This document shows, in pieces, positions 63,950 to 64,000 of a stretch of 64,000 nucleotides of DNA. Source of the DNA: Octopus sinensis (taxonomy: Eukaryota); NCBI RefSeq assembly GCF_006345805.1, contig NW_021835141.1:34750-98749 (forward strand), in the 5' to 3' direction. The notes beneath the pieces were generated by a model. The model saw nothing but the letters and a program-made list of their open reading frames with translations. It had not been told where the DNA came from and made no database searches. Positions within the stretch are counted from its first letter, which is position 1. Every line of letters starts with the position of its first letter. The position numbers and the translations under genes were made by a program.

Positions 63950-64000
63950 TACACAGTATCGCAAGACTTAATCTAATGAAGTCTAATGTTCGGTTTGGAT

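Overview
Eukaryotic, AT-rich, microsatellite-saturated DNA. The SINE families and (TA)/(CA)/(CATA) density point to a cephalopod, probably Octopus (inference). Almost all ORFs in the supplied track are microsatellite artefacts. The real content is a minus-strand tandem array of four paralogous spliced genes (G1-G4) in an A-B-A-B higher-order repeat of about 34.5 kb. Each encodes a ~255-aa protein: N-terminal signal anchor, short stalk, and a Cys-rich 'short-chain collagen C4-like' domain with no Gly-X-Y region. G2 and G4 are fusion-type copies with two alternative 52-nt exon 2s and an orphan exon-1 donor; the domain loops are hypervariable between copies. Introns hold degenerate RTE LINEs, mariner and Helitron fragments, SINEs, and about a dozen hammerhead-ribozyme motifs from several Penelope-like repeat families, including a retrozyme-like tandem array. 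Intron 1 of G4 carries a 10-kb retroelement stack: a HERO-like RLE LINE interrupted by a full-length Tx1/L1 LINE, a second head-to-tail HERO-like copy, then a Penelope-like element. The HERO-HERO junction holds the most unusual signal: a non-circularly permuted hammerhead-like motif followed by five hairpins with an invariant GAAAGA loop on completely different, fully paired stems. Many frameshifts lie in homopolymers and may be long-read errors. All coordinates were read by eye; element boundaries are approximate.
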